NCBI GenBank assembly: GCA_002104905.1 | Contig: MCFE01000481.1 | Coordinates: 1 to 64,000, forward strand | DNA: 64,000 bases | Reading direction: 5' to 3' | Source: Basidiobolus meristosporus CBS 931.73 | Lineage: Eukaryota; Fungi; Basidiobolomycota | Shown: piece after piece, positions 11,658-28,044 of the stretch | How positions within the stretch are numbered: the first letter of the stretch is position 1 | How the letters are laid out: each line of letters begins with the position of its first letter | The notes under the pieces: generated by a model | Told to the model about the DNA's origin: nothing | Databases searched by the model: none | The model's input: the letters and a program-made list of their open reading frames with translations, nothing else | Translations under genes and position numbers: made by a program

Positions 11658-12260
11658 TGGGGAAATTCCGGTACAAAGATAAAAGGCCGAAGTGGTAGAG
11701 GTGAAAAGGGAAATCTAGTGCTATAGGACAAACGATGCGGGAAGAAAGACGAGATAGGTGAAGAGAAACGTAAGAGACAAAAAAAGAGCCGCTACAGTAT
11801 ATTGGCAACGTACCAGCCGATCATCAGGTCGGATCGGAAATGGAAATGTGTATATGCGTGGGTCCTCTGAAGTGGAAGCGGATTATTAATTGGGCCTTGA
11901 ATTCGTCAGATGCGGGATGAATAGCATTTCTTCCAAATCACCTGACTCATGGGATGAGGAAATAGAAATCTGGGGAGCGGCACCGAGAGTGATCAGGAAT
12001 TGGATATTCCTAATTGCTTCGAAATAGAATGATCGAAAGGGAAATCGCCTGGTAAACGCTTTAGTTCATGGTTTGGTAATTGCTTACCCCAGACTGGTTC
12101 AATCGGCAAATGGAAAAACCAACGTGCGCTTGATGGCACTTCTCAATGGAGCGACGATTTGACGTCAGTGAGCGGAAATAGGGTTTCTTTATGGAAAGAA
12201 GAGCTTGTACCAAAACTATAAAAAGGTGGTAGCTACCGATCGTGCTGCATAGATCCGAAC

Positions 12261-12725
12261 ATGCTAGTGACCGCCTATCCCACCACCGCACCAGACTTCA
12301 CAAAGGAGTACCATTCCTCTGATTGGGAATACATTCAGAATATGCTTGCTTCAGGCCAAATTCTAAAGCTGCCTCGTTCCGCCGAGGTCCAAAGAAAATA
12401 TGAAGCGCAAACACAGAGAATCAAGCAGGAATACGGAAGCATGGCTCAGTACATCCAGCAAGTCAAGCTGGGCTGGGTGGACTCCAAAGGGGACCCTGTC
12501 CCAGGAGAGGATTTTAAGCTTCTTCCAAACGACTTCCCCTACAAACTGGACCCCACCATTCAACATCTAGTGCTGTGGTGCCGTAAGCCTTTCACACGGG
12601 AAGAGATGGCGAAGATACTAAGCGCTGAGCTGCCGGGTAAAGAGTTCCTGTTCTTTGTAAATCCAAAAGCCTTGCAGTCCATTAGAACCGTCTACCATGC
12701 GCAAGTCATGGTCAGGGATTTGTAA
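12261..12725 (+). CDS. DUF3605 family protein (GIG1 / HTC1-like, HIT-related fold)
   Basis: IKQEYGSM..LGW, LLPNDFPY..IQHLVLW and FFVNPKALQSIRTVYHAQV match my recollection of the fungal DUF3605 pattern. Confidence 0.8.
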   Translation: MLVTAYPTTAPDFTKEYHSSDWEYIQNMLASGQILKLPRSAEVQRKYEAQTQRIKQEYGSMAQYIQQVKLGWVDSKGDPVPGEDFKLLPNDFPYKLDPTIQHLVLWCRKPFTREEMAKILSAELPGKEFLFFVNPKALQSIRTVYHAQVMVRDL

Positions 12726-13029
12726 TATTAACATTATCTGTAGTCATCACTAACGCTATCGCCATAGACCTAATCTCATGTAATAAACTGTTTAACCTGC
12801 AACTATAGTCTAACCATTGATGGCAACTTGATGGCAAGGGTCAATCCAAATACGGCATTGATTATAGATATCAATGTGATACGTTCTCTGATTTGCGATT
12901 TACGTAATATTGGTTGTTGTGCAATCAGCTATTGATGAAAACTCTGGAATTTTGAGATCGAGAAATCCTTTGTTATTTATTGCGAACTGGGCACTTGCTT
13001 GGCTTGTAATCTTGACTTCTACCTTTACC

Positions 13030-13598
13030 ATGGTAAGTCCCCTTATCCCATATGTCGCGTTCGCTCGGTTTGACACTTCTTTCGTAACAGGCTAACCAAC
13101 TCACCGAAGACCAAATCTCCGAGTTCAAGGAAGCTTTCTCCCTGTTCGATAAGGATGGCGATGGCAGCATCACCACCAAGGAACTGGGAACCGTTATGCG
13201 TTCTTTGGGACAGAACCCCACCGAGGCCGAATTGCAAGACATGGTCAACGAGATCGACGCCGATGGCAACGGTCAAATCGATTTCACCGAGTTCTTGAGC
13301 TTGATGGCTCGTAAAATGAAGGACACCGACTCCGAGGAGGAGATCAAGGAGGCCTTCAAGGTGTTTGATAAGGATGGTAACGGTTTCATTTCCGCCGCCG
13401 AACTTCGTCACGTTATGACCAACCTCGGCGAAAAGCTTACCGACGAGGAGGTTGATGAGATGATCCGTGAAGCTGACATCGATGGCGATGGCCAGATCAA
13501 CTACGACGAATTCGTCAAGATGATGGTTAGTACACAGTATGGTAACGAAGGATTCGCTCTTCGCTAACGCTTCATATTCACACTAGATGACCAAATAA
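13030..13598 (+). CDS. CMD1: Calmodulin (149 aa); exons 13030-13032, 13091-13525, 13587-13598
   Basis: [26 protein letters not shown].. with four EF-hands ending FVKMM/MTK*. Both introns are GT..AG. Confidence 0.97.
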
Positions 13599-14136
13599 AT
13601 TCTCTGGACACCGGGGCCTGTTTAGCAAGGTCGCATCGAGCCAGCTTGAGCTCCAACGAAATTCACAATAAAATAGACGATTCACAACAAACATGGCTTA
13701 GGATAATCGGATATTTATGCACTTGATTAAGCTTCTTGAGTGGGTGAGGTAGCACATATGGCTGATTGGCTCCACAGATAAAGGAGGAGACAGCAAAGTC
13801 ATCTGGTCGAAGAGTGTGACTGATGCCACAAAACGTTCCCACGGCTCGTGGTAAAAAGCCCGCGCCATTAGCCGATATTAACGTTATTAGAATTCGATCT
13901 ATATTTTGCCCTAACAACGATGGTTTAGACTTGACCTCACTATAGCATAATCAATCCAAATATCTTTCATTTCTTTTTTCCCACCCTTGCACCCAATCAA
14001 CAGCGTGGCTCGAGACTACCTTTCCCACGTTCCTAGAGATTGCCTTAAATATTCCTTACGTCGTCAATTCCTATTAAACCCTGAGCTTCTCCCCTGACAA
14101 CGCTTACCTGTCATTATTCCCTTCCTCCTTTGAGTC

Positions 14137-15828
14137 ATGAATCTTTTACCGCGTACAGTCTCTCGCTTGAGAGTCCCTTCCCGTGTTCTTCGTAGACAGC
14201 AGCTTGTAAGTATCGGCTGAGTGGGGGAGGGGATAGTGAGTCTTTCTAACTGGCCTATTGCCTCGCTAGTTCTCGGTGTGTACCGTCCGGGCTGCACAGC
14301 CGCTCAGCACCTTGGCAACGAAGGTAGCGTAGTGCATTAATGGTGTAATCGAACGCCACATCGTCTAAACATCTTCCCCCAGCGTCCACAGTCATACAAC
14401 GCCGAGATTATAAACCATAGAAAATCCGACTGCTATGCTTCGTTCCATACCTCCGCGCATCACAAGGGAGTCGTTCCTTTCTTGCTTGCTGATATTGGTG
14501 AAGGGATCACTGAGTGTGAGGTCATACAATGGTAATGGATCCCGCGTCAGCCAATCGAGCGAGCCTTGGATTAACTTTGGAATCTTATGATGATTGCAGG
14601 TTCGTCAAGCCAGGCGAGGAGATCGCGCAATTCGATAAGATCTGCGAGGTACAGTCCGACAAAGCTTCGGTGGAGATTTCGTCGCGCTACGACGGTGTTG
14701 TGAAGACACTGCATTACGATGTCGGCCAAATGGCCAGAGTGGGCCAGCCATTGGTTGATATCGAAACGAACGACATATCTGTTGGGGAAGTTGACACACC
14801 AAGGCCAGCGGAGAGCCCGGTCGCACCACCCAAGAGCGAGCCTGCCACGCCGACAAAGCCACAAGTTGAGGAAAGAATCCTTTCCCTGGCCACTCCAGCT
14901 GTGCGTCGGTTGGCTCGTGAGCATAGCCTCGACATCACCACTCATCCAAGGGACTGGAAAGTCCGGCCGTGTGCTCAAGGAGGATATCCTGAGGTACCTG
15001 AATGGTCCTCAACCCACAACAACCAGCGCCGAGTCATTCGTGCCATCGGTGGCGGAGAGCGCCCCGGCCTCGGTTGGAAACGAGATCAAATCACTCACCA
15101 ACATTCAAAAGGCGATGTTCAAGACCATGTCGAAGTCCCTTCAGATCCCCCACTTCGGATACTCTGACGAGATCGTGCTTAACCAGGTCACATCTGTGCG
15201 CAAAGCCATCAACGAATATGTAGTCAACTCCGGCCTCTACTCCTTCAAGAAGATCTCCTACATGCCGATCTTCATCAAGACGCTCTCCATCGCCCTGGAG
15301 AATTACCCAATTCTCAATGCACGCTTGGTTGATGCCGAGGATGTTTCCCAGGTGAAGCTGGAGTACCGTGGCTCCCACAACATCGGTGTTGCCATGGACA
15401 CTCCAGCCGGACTGATTGTTCCGAACATCAAGGACTGCCAGAGCAAATCGATCCTTGAGATCGCTGCCGAACTGAACAGACTCCAGGAAGCAGGCAAGAA
15501 GGGAGCCATCGCAGCAAACGACCTTAAGGGCGGCACCATCTCGCTATCCAACATCGGAGTCATCGGAGGAACCTACCTCTCACCCGTGGTGGTCACCTCA
15601 GAGCTTTGCATCGGCGCCTTGGGCAAGATCCAAAGGCTTCCCCGCTACGAGACCATCCAGGATTCCCAGACCGGCAAGGCAGTGGAGGTGGTGGTGCCTA
15701 AAGAGATCGTGCAGATTAGTTGGTCTGCTGATCACCGGGTGGTTGACGGCGCCACGATCGCCCGATTCTGCAACGACTGGAAGTCCCTTCTGGAGAACCC
15801 GATCGCCCTGATCTCCAAGCTCAAGTAA
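14137..15828 (+). CDS. DBT: Branched-chain alpha-keto acid dehydrogenase E2 (dihydrolipoyl transacylase), multi-exon, with a +1 frameshift near 14940
   Basis: Lipoyl domain LADIGEGITECEVIQW/FVKPG..EVQSDKASVEI, E3-binding region LATPAVRRLA..GTGKSGRVLKEDIL, catalytic SADHRVVDGA. The Arg-rich N-terminus (MNLLPRTVSRLR) resembles a mitochondrial transit peptide. The 5' exons are inferred. Confidence 0.88.
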
Positions 15829-15870
15829 ATAATCATTGTACTTTGTCCCCATAATAAAGTGAATCAACTC

Positions 15871-15968
15871 ATCGATGTGGTTTATTTGTTGTGCTTTGGA
15901 TATATCGATGGGGTTTATTTGTTGTGCTTTGGATACATCGATGAGGCTTGTTTGTTGTGCTTTGGATA
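15871..15968. repeat. 33-bp minisatellite, 3 copies
   Basis: ATCGATG(T/G/A)GG(T/C)TT(A/G)TTTGTTGTGCTTTGGATA starts at 15871, 15904 and 15937, between the convergent DBT and zinc transporter stops. Confidence 0.9.
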
Positions 15969-15973
15969 GCGAT

Positions 15974-18620
<2,647 letters not shown>

Positions 18621-18951
18621 AAGAGACGGCACGAGTAGCCTTGAACGCAAACAGTGTGCCCAGCTCAGATAGCATGGTTAGAAACAAAGTTGGTTGTGCT
18701 CAGTTGAACCACAGGTGATATATCCAGAAGAATTCCCACTCTGGATATTAGTGGCCAATGGAGCATCGCTATTTGCACATCATAGTTATACCGAAATTAG
18801 ATAAGGTAACGATGGCCAATAGCCACGGCACCACCCGAGGCTACTGTGGGACAGCCGAGTGGAGGCCATTGGGTATAAGAGAGTAATTGCCCTATTTATA
18901 GAAACCTTCCACTGAGTTTTGGCTGAAAGTGTACCTTCCAAGACACTTCTT

Positions 18952-19035
18952 GGAATTCTATCCATTATTTAATCATGCTTTAACTCAGACACCTGGAGTC
19001 CTATCCGTTATTTAATCATGCTTTAACTCAGACAC
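18952..19035. repeat. 43-bp tandem duplication (2 copies)
   Basis: GGA(A/G)T(T/C)CTATCC(A/G)TTATTTAATCATGCTTTAACTCAGACAC at 18952 and 18995, in the divergent MSC2-HIR3 intergenic region. Confidence 0.85.
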
Positions 19036-19664
19036 TGTCCATTGTCGAATCATGCTTCAACTCATTTCCTGCTTGCGCTTGATGAAGTTTGCGCGTTATA
19101 TCTGTATTGAGCAATATCAAACAAGTGGAGCTTTCTGGCATGTAAAAAAGCCAATCCAGCGGTGTCGAATAAGCATCTTTATTATATATCAATTCGTAAT
19201 GTCAGCAGTGTCAGGTAAATATATAGATACCCAGAGCGTTCAGTTCGCAATGGGGATATTTCATGATGCTCTAAGCACCAGAAAGAGTGGGTATTCCAGA
19301 CAACTCCACATAATTGGCATAAATCGGAATCGAAGAGATGGAGGGGAGAGTGCGTAGCTATATATATATATATAATTCAACAACCATGGGTAAGCCTGGT
19401 TAGCTGTACGTGCCCAACAACCATGCATTTTCTGTTCTTGCTGCCAAGTTCTCTGCCCTATATGATACACACATTTCACAGCTAGTGAATCCACATCCCA
19501 ATGCCAATCACTCATGTCAACAAGGAATCCAAACAAAATGCTATTTTATTCGCAGTCTGGGTTCCAATTCCATCACGAACTTTGGTTGATTTTTCTGAGG
19601 ACGTGCAAAACCAGATATATAGGTGATTGATTCCGCAAGTAAACACCAAGGCTTGCTAGACACA

Positions 19665-22600
19665 ATGAAGCCCCTGGTAAACCTTCGATGACGCTCAATT
19701 CAGCGGAATCCGTTCTCACTTTTCTTTCTAGACAAAGTTCCTCCCTTTGAACGACTCTTCGGACGAATCGGAGGAAGTAGAGAAAGACACCTTTGAAACA
19801 CAAGTAGGCCCCTTCTGCTGGCAAGCCCCATTCCAACTTCAAGCTAAAGAGAGTTTGCTGGTTTCTAGATCGAGCAATGCCTGGAGCTCTATCAAAAGGC
19901 GCTGAGGTTTCAGCAGAAGAAGCGGACTCAAGAGGCCAAGCTTTTATATCATCAACTAACCGAATACGAAGTGATAAACAAACCGAATAGTACCTCGATC
20001 AATGTAAGTTTCGGGAAGAGCTTCCCGCGCCCATTTCAAGTATTTATATCGAGAAGCCGTTGATCCCCACCCTTCTCCACCAGACCGAAAAACACTCCGA
20101 TTCGAAGACCCACACTCGGACACATACCTACACGCAATCCATTCTGCAATTTGCGGTCTACAAAAATTACGCCTCGCTATTGCGGAGTCTCCAAAGACAG
20201 CCCGACGAAACCGATCGTTCGCAGGAGATTCTCCAGTACTATTTCAAAGTATCACCTCCGATCTCTCTCAATGCGTCCCTCCGAAACTCACCGAGTACTT
20301 TCTTAGGCACTTGAAATCGATCCCTCCGACAGCGAGATCTGGCTGCACGTAGGCCAGCTCGCTTTGGACAATCAGAATTCGCGTTTGGCGCGCCACGCAT
20401 TTGAGAAAGGAGTAAGTGGAGGGCTGAGTGTGTCAGGTGAGATTAGCCTGGAGTCACTGAGGCCAACCCAATGGCGCTGTCTTGATGGACTTTGCGAGGT
20501 AATATAGTGTGACTGAGGCTTCCAGGATGCGCGCTAACTTCAAGTAGGTCCTGTACGATATTGGGGATTTCATTACTTGCCTGAGGTACCTGGAGAGAAT
20601 CCTGAAGGTGTATCCGGACCATGAGCGTGCGCTTGGCCTTCGAAAGGTGGTCATGGATCAAATAGGACGCCGGAGTCTGCTGCACAGGTTGCTACAGAGA
20701 TCCCATGAACTCCTAGGCCTCATGTTACATGCTGACTCGACTTCGCCCATGTAGGGTATCGATCTATGACGACCCATCCACCTCCCACCTCGATCTCGAT
20801 GGTGTTCAGGAGACGCAATGGTCCACCGTTGAGCGAAGTCCATACATCTCTGGTAATTCGCCGGTCATTTGGCCGTTGCTGGATCGGTATCGACATCTGA
20901 TCATTACTGACGCCTTACAGATCTTTACAACGAACCATCCTCAGAGCCGGCCAAGTTTACGCTGAAGCAGATGAGTTGGGAGGCGCTGGGTAAAGTTCTA
21001 CTCGACATCTACGCCCATGTCCAGCAAGGGTTAGTTCGGTAAACCAGAGATTCTCCGGAAGTATTCACGCTGACCAACCCTTTCCAAAGGAACGATCCCA
21101 TGTCCCTTTGTGCATCTACCGATACTGAGTGCAAGATCATCAACCGAAGAATCACGATCGTGTTCTCGGACGAAAGCGACGAGGAAGAGACCCAGCCCCC
21201 CGATGATCCCTCGCATGTGAAGCAAGAGGAGATAGAGGTCGAGATCGTACCAAAGGCCAGCGCGGATGAGCCTTCCGCGGCAGAGCCAGCGGAGAAGGGG
21301 AAAGATGCCCATGCGAAACGAAAACGAGAAAAGGAGGATTGGGACGATTTCGCGGAGAGAAAATCGTCCAGGCTGCGGCAGAAGTCGGTCACCGCGCAGC
21401 CGGAGATCAAGAGGAAGCAGCAGGAGGGGATCATTCTGGAGCAGCTGGAAAAGCTGCTTTCGTTGATCGACTGGCGATTTTCCGAGTACACGAAGGACGC
21501 CCGAAAGGTCGCATCTTACCTCGGCCTGCCCGATGAGAAGGTTACCCGCTTCATGAGCGAGTTTCCCAAGGAGATCCTGAAGATCAAGGGTGATCTGACC
21601 CCTACTCACGAGCCCACCAAGTAAGCCGACTCGGTGCTCCCTCGTTGTACCTCAGATACTGACATGTCTTCTAGGACCAAGCCTATCGTGATCGACGTGG
21701 ATGAGGAGACGGTGGAAGTGCAGGCGGACGCATTCTTCTCCGACGAGGCTCTGCTCGCGAGTTTCATCGAGGAGGAGAACGAGGCCAACTCAGGGATCAT
21801 CGATTATTGTTGTCACTTTGTATGCAAGTTGATTCTCGGGGCGGACCGCGACCATCTGGACAAGTTCGTCTGGAAGCACCGATGGTCGTCTGGCACGGGC
21901 GAGGTTCTCTTCTCGATGATCCGGCAATTGGACACCCACGTATCGGAGATTGGCCGATTCAACTACTTTGAAACGGACGCCACCAATGTCAGAGAGAGGT
22001 GTCCCGCCATCGAGGTAAGTATGTGCACGCGCGATGCTTGCTTGGCCCATTGCTAACTCGTGAACCAAAGCTGTATCTAACTGTCTCCGAGCTCTTCATG
22101 GACCGAGTTGAGCGGTCAGCCGATGAGGGGCGGTATCGTTCCTCGCTTGACGAGTGGATTGACCGCCTGGAATTCGAACTCAGCCTGGTCGTCGGCCAGA
22201 TGAATCTGTCGAAGAGCAGCCTCTCCTCCGACCTATCCAGCTGGCGTTCCAGGACCATGCTGCGATACCTGTGGCTGAAAGGGAATGTGGCTAACCAGCG
22301 GAACGAGGTCAAAGAGGCGATCAAGTACTATCACCAATCCCTGGCGTGGGCCAAGTCGGCACGCACCGTTCTTCTTCCCAATTGGTAGGCGTGTCTGTAG
22401 GCATTCGCGGTTGTTTCCCTACTAACCTTGTCCCCAGCCTCAAGAACAACTCGATCAACTACGCCAACATCTACGCCAAGGTCCAACACCTAGAGTGGCA
22501 GCAGTACGTCATGGAATCCGATCAGATGTTCGCCGAGAGGGATTACCCCGGCGTGATCGAGCGGCTAGGCCCAGTTATCCTGGACGAATACCAAACCGAG

Positions 22601-25600
22601 GGTTCCGGGAAGACTCGAGCGAGCGCTAGTAGGCGGAAGTCGGTGAAGGAGCTCAAGTTCAAATCCAAGGATGCGCTCAAGAATCGCCTCCAGTCGCTCC
22701 ACATGCTGATGAAAGCATACGAAGCCACCGAGAATCTCGAGAAGGCGTGGCAGTGTGGGGCGTTGATCTTCCAAGAGGGGTTGATCACCTTGGTGTGCCG
22801 GGGAGACGAGGACGACGACAAGCACTCTCTGGAGATCTTCGGGAACGCCATCAGGACGCTGAACGCCCTGCTCACCCAAGACAAATATAGCGACTGTCTT
22901 CTCGACATGAAGCCGGCCGAGATGGAGAAATTCTTCCCCATGGTCCTGTTTTCCATCCGAATCGCCCTCTGGATCATGGGTAGGTACGAGGATCCCAACG
23001 AGGAGCCTCCCACCGATGGGGACGACGACGCGCTGAAAAGTGTAATAGTCCACTGTTGGGTGCTCTTCTACTACGTTGCTGACTGCATCCGACGGAAGAA
23101 GTCGGTGGCCAAGAAGCAAACCAAGAGGACAGGCAGGGCCTCCCAGCGCCGCAAGACGAAGAAAGCCGACTCCGAGGGAATCGAGGATGAGGACATGGCC
23201 GACTTCTTATCCTTCGTCCACGAGGAGCTCGGCGCCTGTCGCCTTTGCGGTAGCGGAGAAGGGGTGTTCCTTGAGCTGTGCTTGAGGGTATTCTCCTCCA
23301 TGCCGGGCTCTAGTTATCACGAGGAAGAGAGCCAATGCTACTACTGTTTGTACAAGATCCGGAGCGGGGTACGTAGTCCGCATGCACTGGGCGTGCGCGG
23401 ATGTTGGTCTAATCCATGTGTTGTAGGTCGAAACGGAGTATCTACTGAACGATCACAACTGTCTGCCCACTGAGCTTGATCGCAAGGGAGCCGGCCGGGT
23501 GTATAAACTCATCTCGACATACGTGGCCGACAAAACCCATCGGGGTGCTCAGGTCAAGCCGGACATGAAGACCACGTTGGATAGAGTGTGCGAATTCTTC
23601 TCGAACAGTCCGATCATCCAGAATGACGGTGAGTATTCACATGTTCTCCACGACCTTGAGATTGCCTCTTACTGACCTCGTCCACCTGCAGCATACATCG
23701 CCCTGAACAACGACCTGCTAAACCATCACTTCGCTGCGAACATCAACTTCGTGCAGGCCATCGATTTCTCCCCATATTCCTCCATGCCCGCCCTAGTCCA
23801 GCCCACCATCGCGCGCGATGAGCAATACGGTACGTGTGGCTGATAGGCTTTGTGGAGGTATTTTCTGACATTTACCAGGGTTGCTGGAGAGCCTGTTCTT
23901 CCAGCAGGGCAAAGTACAGCATCTGCAGGTGAGATCCAAATCCAAGGTGTTGCAGGCCAAGCCTATTGAAGATTGGCAGCTCCCGATCCAGTGCTTTCTG
24001 GTAGGTCGTTTCTCCCACGCCAGTGGTCCCTAGCACCGCAGCTCACCCCCGTGCCCCATTGTAGCGGGACATCTCCATCAATCCCACCAAGATCGAGGCG
24101 TGGTTCATGTTGGCCCTGAGCTACACGGAGTTGGCGAACGACCAGCTCATGCTGAACGCGACCGAGTTGAAGCTGCTCCGACCGCAGATCGTGGAGAACC
24201 AGAAGGTAAGTGAGACCACGTTGGCCTCCACGACCCAGGATAACCAACCGTCGCTGTTTCCAGAGGGGCTTCCTGTCATTCTCAAACGCCGTGAAGATGC
24301 ATCAGAAGACGGTGGCAAACTCCGGGCCCAGATACTCGGACATCGGGAAAGTGTGGTCCGCGTTCGGCTTCCACGCCTACTCCATGACGGTCGCTCCGAT
24401 GAACTGCGAAGCTTTCAAGAGCGCCCCGGTGCAGATCGTGGTGGATGTCGAGGATGAAATGGAGCCCACCAACCTGACCAGCGAGCCAGCGTTGAACCAG
24501 CTTTTCAAATTCATGACCTGCTGCTTTCTGCAAGCGATGCGATTCGACCCGGCGGATTGGAGGTAGAACGGTGCCCGATCGCTGGTGCGGAGTCCTCTTC
24601 TAACCTCCCTTGTCCCTAGGTACCCCTACATGATCGGCAAATGCTGCGAGAAGCTTCGACGCAAACCCGAGGTAACGCTGAACCCACCAGCCGGCCATCG
24701 ACCATTCGCTAACCAAGACATAGGAAATCGTCCGCTATTACTCCATCGCCCAGAGGCTCCTTCCGAAACGCTCCGGGAAAGACGGCCAGGAGAAGATCTT
24801 CGAGCCCAGGTATAAAGCGATCGCCTACATCGCCAAGGCATTCAAGAACAACCAAATCGAGGTAAGTCGCTCATTCTGGAAATGCATGGCCGGGCCATTC
24901 ACCAACCTTTGCTCCCCGCCCCTAGCCTGCCCAAACCGAACATCTCCTTGGCATGGTCCCCTGCGAGAACGAGAAGACCGCTGAGGAGCCAGCCACCGAA
25001 GCCGGCGGGCCCAGTGACGCGGAGAACGAGGGGCTAGTCTCCGGGGCGATCAGAAAGTTGAACTCCGAGTTAGGCAAGATCCGGGCGATGGATAAGAGGA
25101 AATGGCAGCACAGGCCTATCTACCGAGTCGGTATCAGTCATGCACATCTCCCTGCTCACCACCATACTAATCCAAAGTTGGTCCCCACAGCAAGCGTGGA
25201 TCTTCTACCATTTCTACCGAGATCTCAACCGGGCGAAGGCGGAGATGCTCGCCTTGTTCAACATCAAGTCCTCCAGCAAACCGTTGGCGAACTTCTTCAA
25301 GACCGAGTTCGAAAGGTACCCGGGGGTTTGCTCCGACCACCACGTCTCGCCCTGTCCACTAACCGGTTACCATGTAGACCCGGGAAGCACTTCGCTTACA
25401 TCCATGGCTACCTAGTCTTCTTCATGAGGATTCTGAACGAGACTCAAGACGTGGAGAACCTTCGTTTGCTCTACCAGAAGCTGAAGAAGTCCGAGAATGC
25501 TGTTCTGGAGCACGAGGGCTTGCTCAAGCTTTCCTTGAAATCCTACCTTGAGGTAAGTAAAGCGTACCCTCCCCTTCCCCTTCCCGTCACTGATGGCCTC

Positions 25601-26159
25601 ACCATCTCACTCCAGGGGTTGCAAAGTCGATTGCAGCTAACTTCGGGATATTCCCTGGAGAAGATGCCCAAGGGGGAGTTCGAAAGGCGAGCCCGGACCA
25701 TGGAGGCCTGGGTCCAGGAGAAATCGGCCAAGCCTGAGGCGTTCTGTGTCCTCCAGCATCTTTGCGAGTTGAAAAGGTGTCGGGATCCGATCCCGGAGGG
25801 GTTCAACCTCAACTTGATGATCACCCAGACCTACTTCACCCTTCTCCACGAGTGCCCGGATCCCACCACCTCCCCTTCGAGCCCGACCGAGCCCTCCGAC
25901 GAATCCCTGGTCCCGGAGAAAGAGGTTATCCAACGCGCGCATCAGTTGATGCGCTCCAGTGGTTCCAAGGTAGTCACTTCCCCCTCGGTATGAATCCCGG
26001 CCTCAACCTTTACTAACCACCCCCACCCCCACTCCCTCCTACTCGTGCCACTCCTTGCAGGAACACACCGACTCCCCGCCACCTGACCCGTCCGGCAAAC
26101 CGGCCCCGGAGCCTGCCATCCTTAACGGTGGGGAGGCCAGCATGTCCGAGCCCAATTAA
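19665..26159 (+). CDS. HIR3: Histone chaperone HIR complex subunit Hir3 / Cabin1, many exons
   Basis: IEQCLELYQKALRFQQ (Cabin1-like N-terminus), YKNYASL, TPR ALEIDPSDSEIWLHVGQLA, C-terminal KWQHRPIYR and RPGKHFAY. Many short GT-AG introns; last exon 26061-26159. The exact start is inferred. Confidence 0.85.
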
Positions 26160-26589
26160 GTGGCCTTCGTGGAGCTCGGATGGGTGCCGAATGTCCGAAA
26201 TCTTGCTCTGTTGTACATATGCCGGCCACTCCAAATCCCACCCAAGCCCATTCCTTTCTGTACCTATCTACACCATAACCCCAATCCCCCGTGATCACTA
26301 ATTAAACGTCCGCTCTCCCTGACAAGTAGTCCTTAAATCAGGCTCTCCATCCAACAACCAGCATGACCCCAGCTGTCAGCAGGACAAGAGGGCGGGGGGG
26401 GAGGCTCTAGAAAGTGTGCTTCCTCATCCCCAATGGATTTATTTCAAGTCTTGAATGTATTTGGATGTATGGGTTTGCCATGCCTGATGGGGCCATTCAA
26501 AGCCCGTAAAATCCCCAAGCAATTTAAAGCACTGGTGGGGAATACAGCAGGCCTGAAAATCAAGTGGGTCTAAGGAGGTGTGGTGATGA

Positions 26590-28044
26590 ATGTACACCAA
26601 TGCACATGATCAGCATGATACCAGCAACTTGACCTGTCTTCCTATCTCCGCACACATCTACTCCATGGGAAACCCCCAAAAGTTGACATTGAGCTACTTG
26701 AGTTCCTTCTTTGCAGCAAAGATACTGCATTCTCTACCTGGGATATTGATTGCTCTACACATATCATCTGCTCATCCTGTCTCTGGACAACTTCTTGATT
26801 TCTCTGGGCCATTGCATGTATTCTATTAGCCACTGCTTCTAATTGCCTCATTAATGCTTTGGTATGAGCTGACAACATACTTGCTAATACTGGTGGTGGT
26901 GATGTTATGGTGGTCATCTTCTGGTCTTGCACTGGAGATACTGCTTAAGCTTTGTAGGCAGCTTGCAGCTCCGCAGAGATTCTCAATTGCCTACTTGACT
27001 TGGAGTCTTAAGAGTCTGCATTAATACCTTCAGTGAGCTCACTGTCAACATGGCCATTTTTGATGTAGCCCTGCTTGTTCTATTGAATGTCAAAGCAAGC
27101 TGTTGTCCAACTGTTCTTCTGCTGCTTCAGCAGTGCAGTTTAGTTTGGAACCAGACAACTTTACTTTATTTTTTGGCAGCATATGTATGGAAGTGAGTCA
27201 AACCATAGGGGAAATAGTGTTACATATATATGTATATGGTGCCACAGCTTTATTTACAATGCTTACTCTGGTGGGTTGTCTTTGAATCTTACATTCATGA
27301 AGGTGCAATGTCTCAAACACAAGCCATAGGGGAAGTAGTGTTACATATGTGTGTATTCCAGGATGTAAATTACCATGTACTTGGTATAGATGAACAGCTG
27401 TCATGCAGCTTACAACATATGTTCCAGAGACTGTCCTGATGCCAGCATGTGTGAGCAGTTGCATGGCATTAATATCAAAGAATGCACCATTGCAAAGTGA
27501 CCAACTTGCAAGGAATCCACTCCCACAGAGGGAAAATCATTTGTTCTCCAGATATATTCCAGTAATACCCCATATAAAGAAGCTCATACAGTCCCCAAAT
27601 ATTGCAAAGCTTTAAAGTACTGCACACAGCATCAGTCAAGAGCAAATATTTTCAATATATTTGATAGCAAACATCACAAACAACTTTGGAGTAAGAGCTA
27701 ATCTGAAGGTATGCATGACCATGCCATTGCCTTGGCTCTTAACAGAATCTCATCAAATAAGTATTCTACTAGCAAATCTGGCTGGCTGCTGATTCTCATC
27801 ACTCTGAATCTGCTATCAATCTCACAGTATCTGATGGTAGTCTCACTGATATCTGGGCCTAAATCTCTGTCCAGCCTGAATAGTAACCTGTATCCATTGC
27901 TGGATGAAACTTATATGATATTCAGCAGGATACTAGAATATGGCAGCTATATCAAAGTGCACATGCTATCCGCATTGGAGAAACTCCAGCCATTAGCCAT
28001 ATAGCTGGCATTTCAAGGCATAGCAGATGATAGTGCTGCCAAAT
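26590..28044. mobile_element. Degenerate mosaic of CACTA/EnSpm-like fragments (copy B, left part)
   Basis: Pieces are homologous to the ORF2 (SMLSAHTKALM) and transposase (HAIALALNRIS..KYSTSKSGW) regions of copies C and D, joined by deletions. Confidence 0.75.

Noticed and set aside
15871-15968. CRISPR-like array
   Set aside because: The repeats are head-to-tail with no unique spacers, and the context is eukaryotic.
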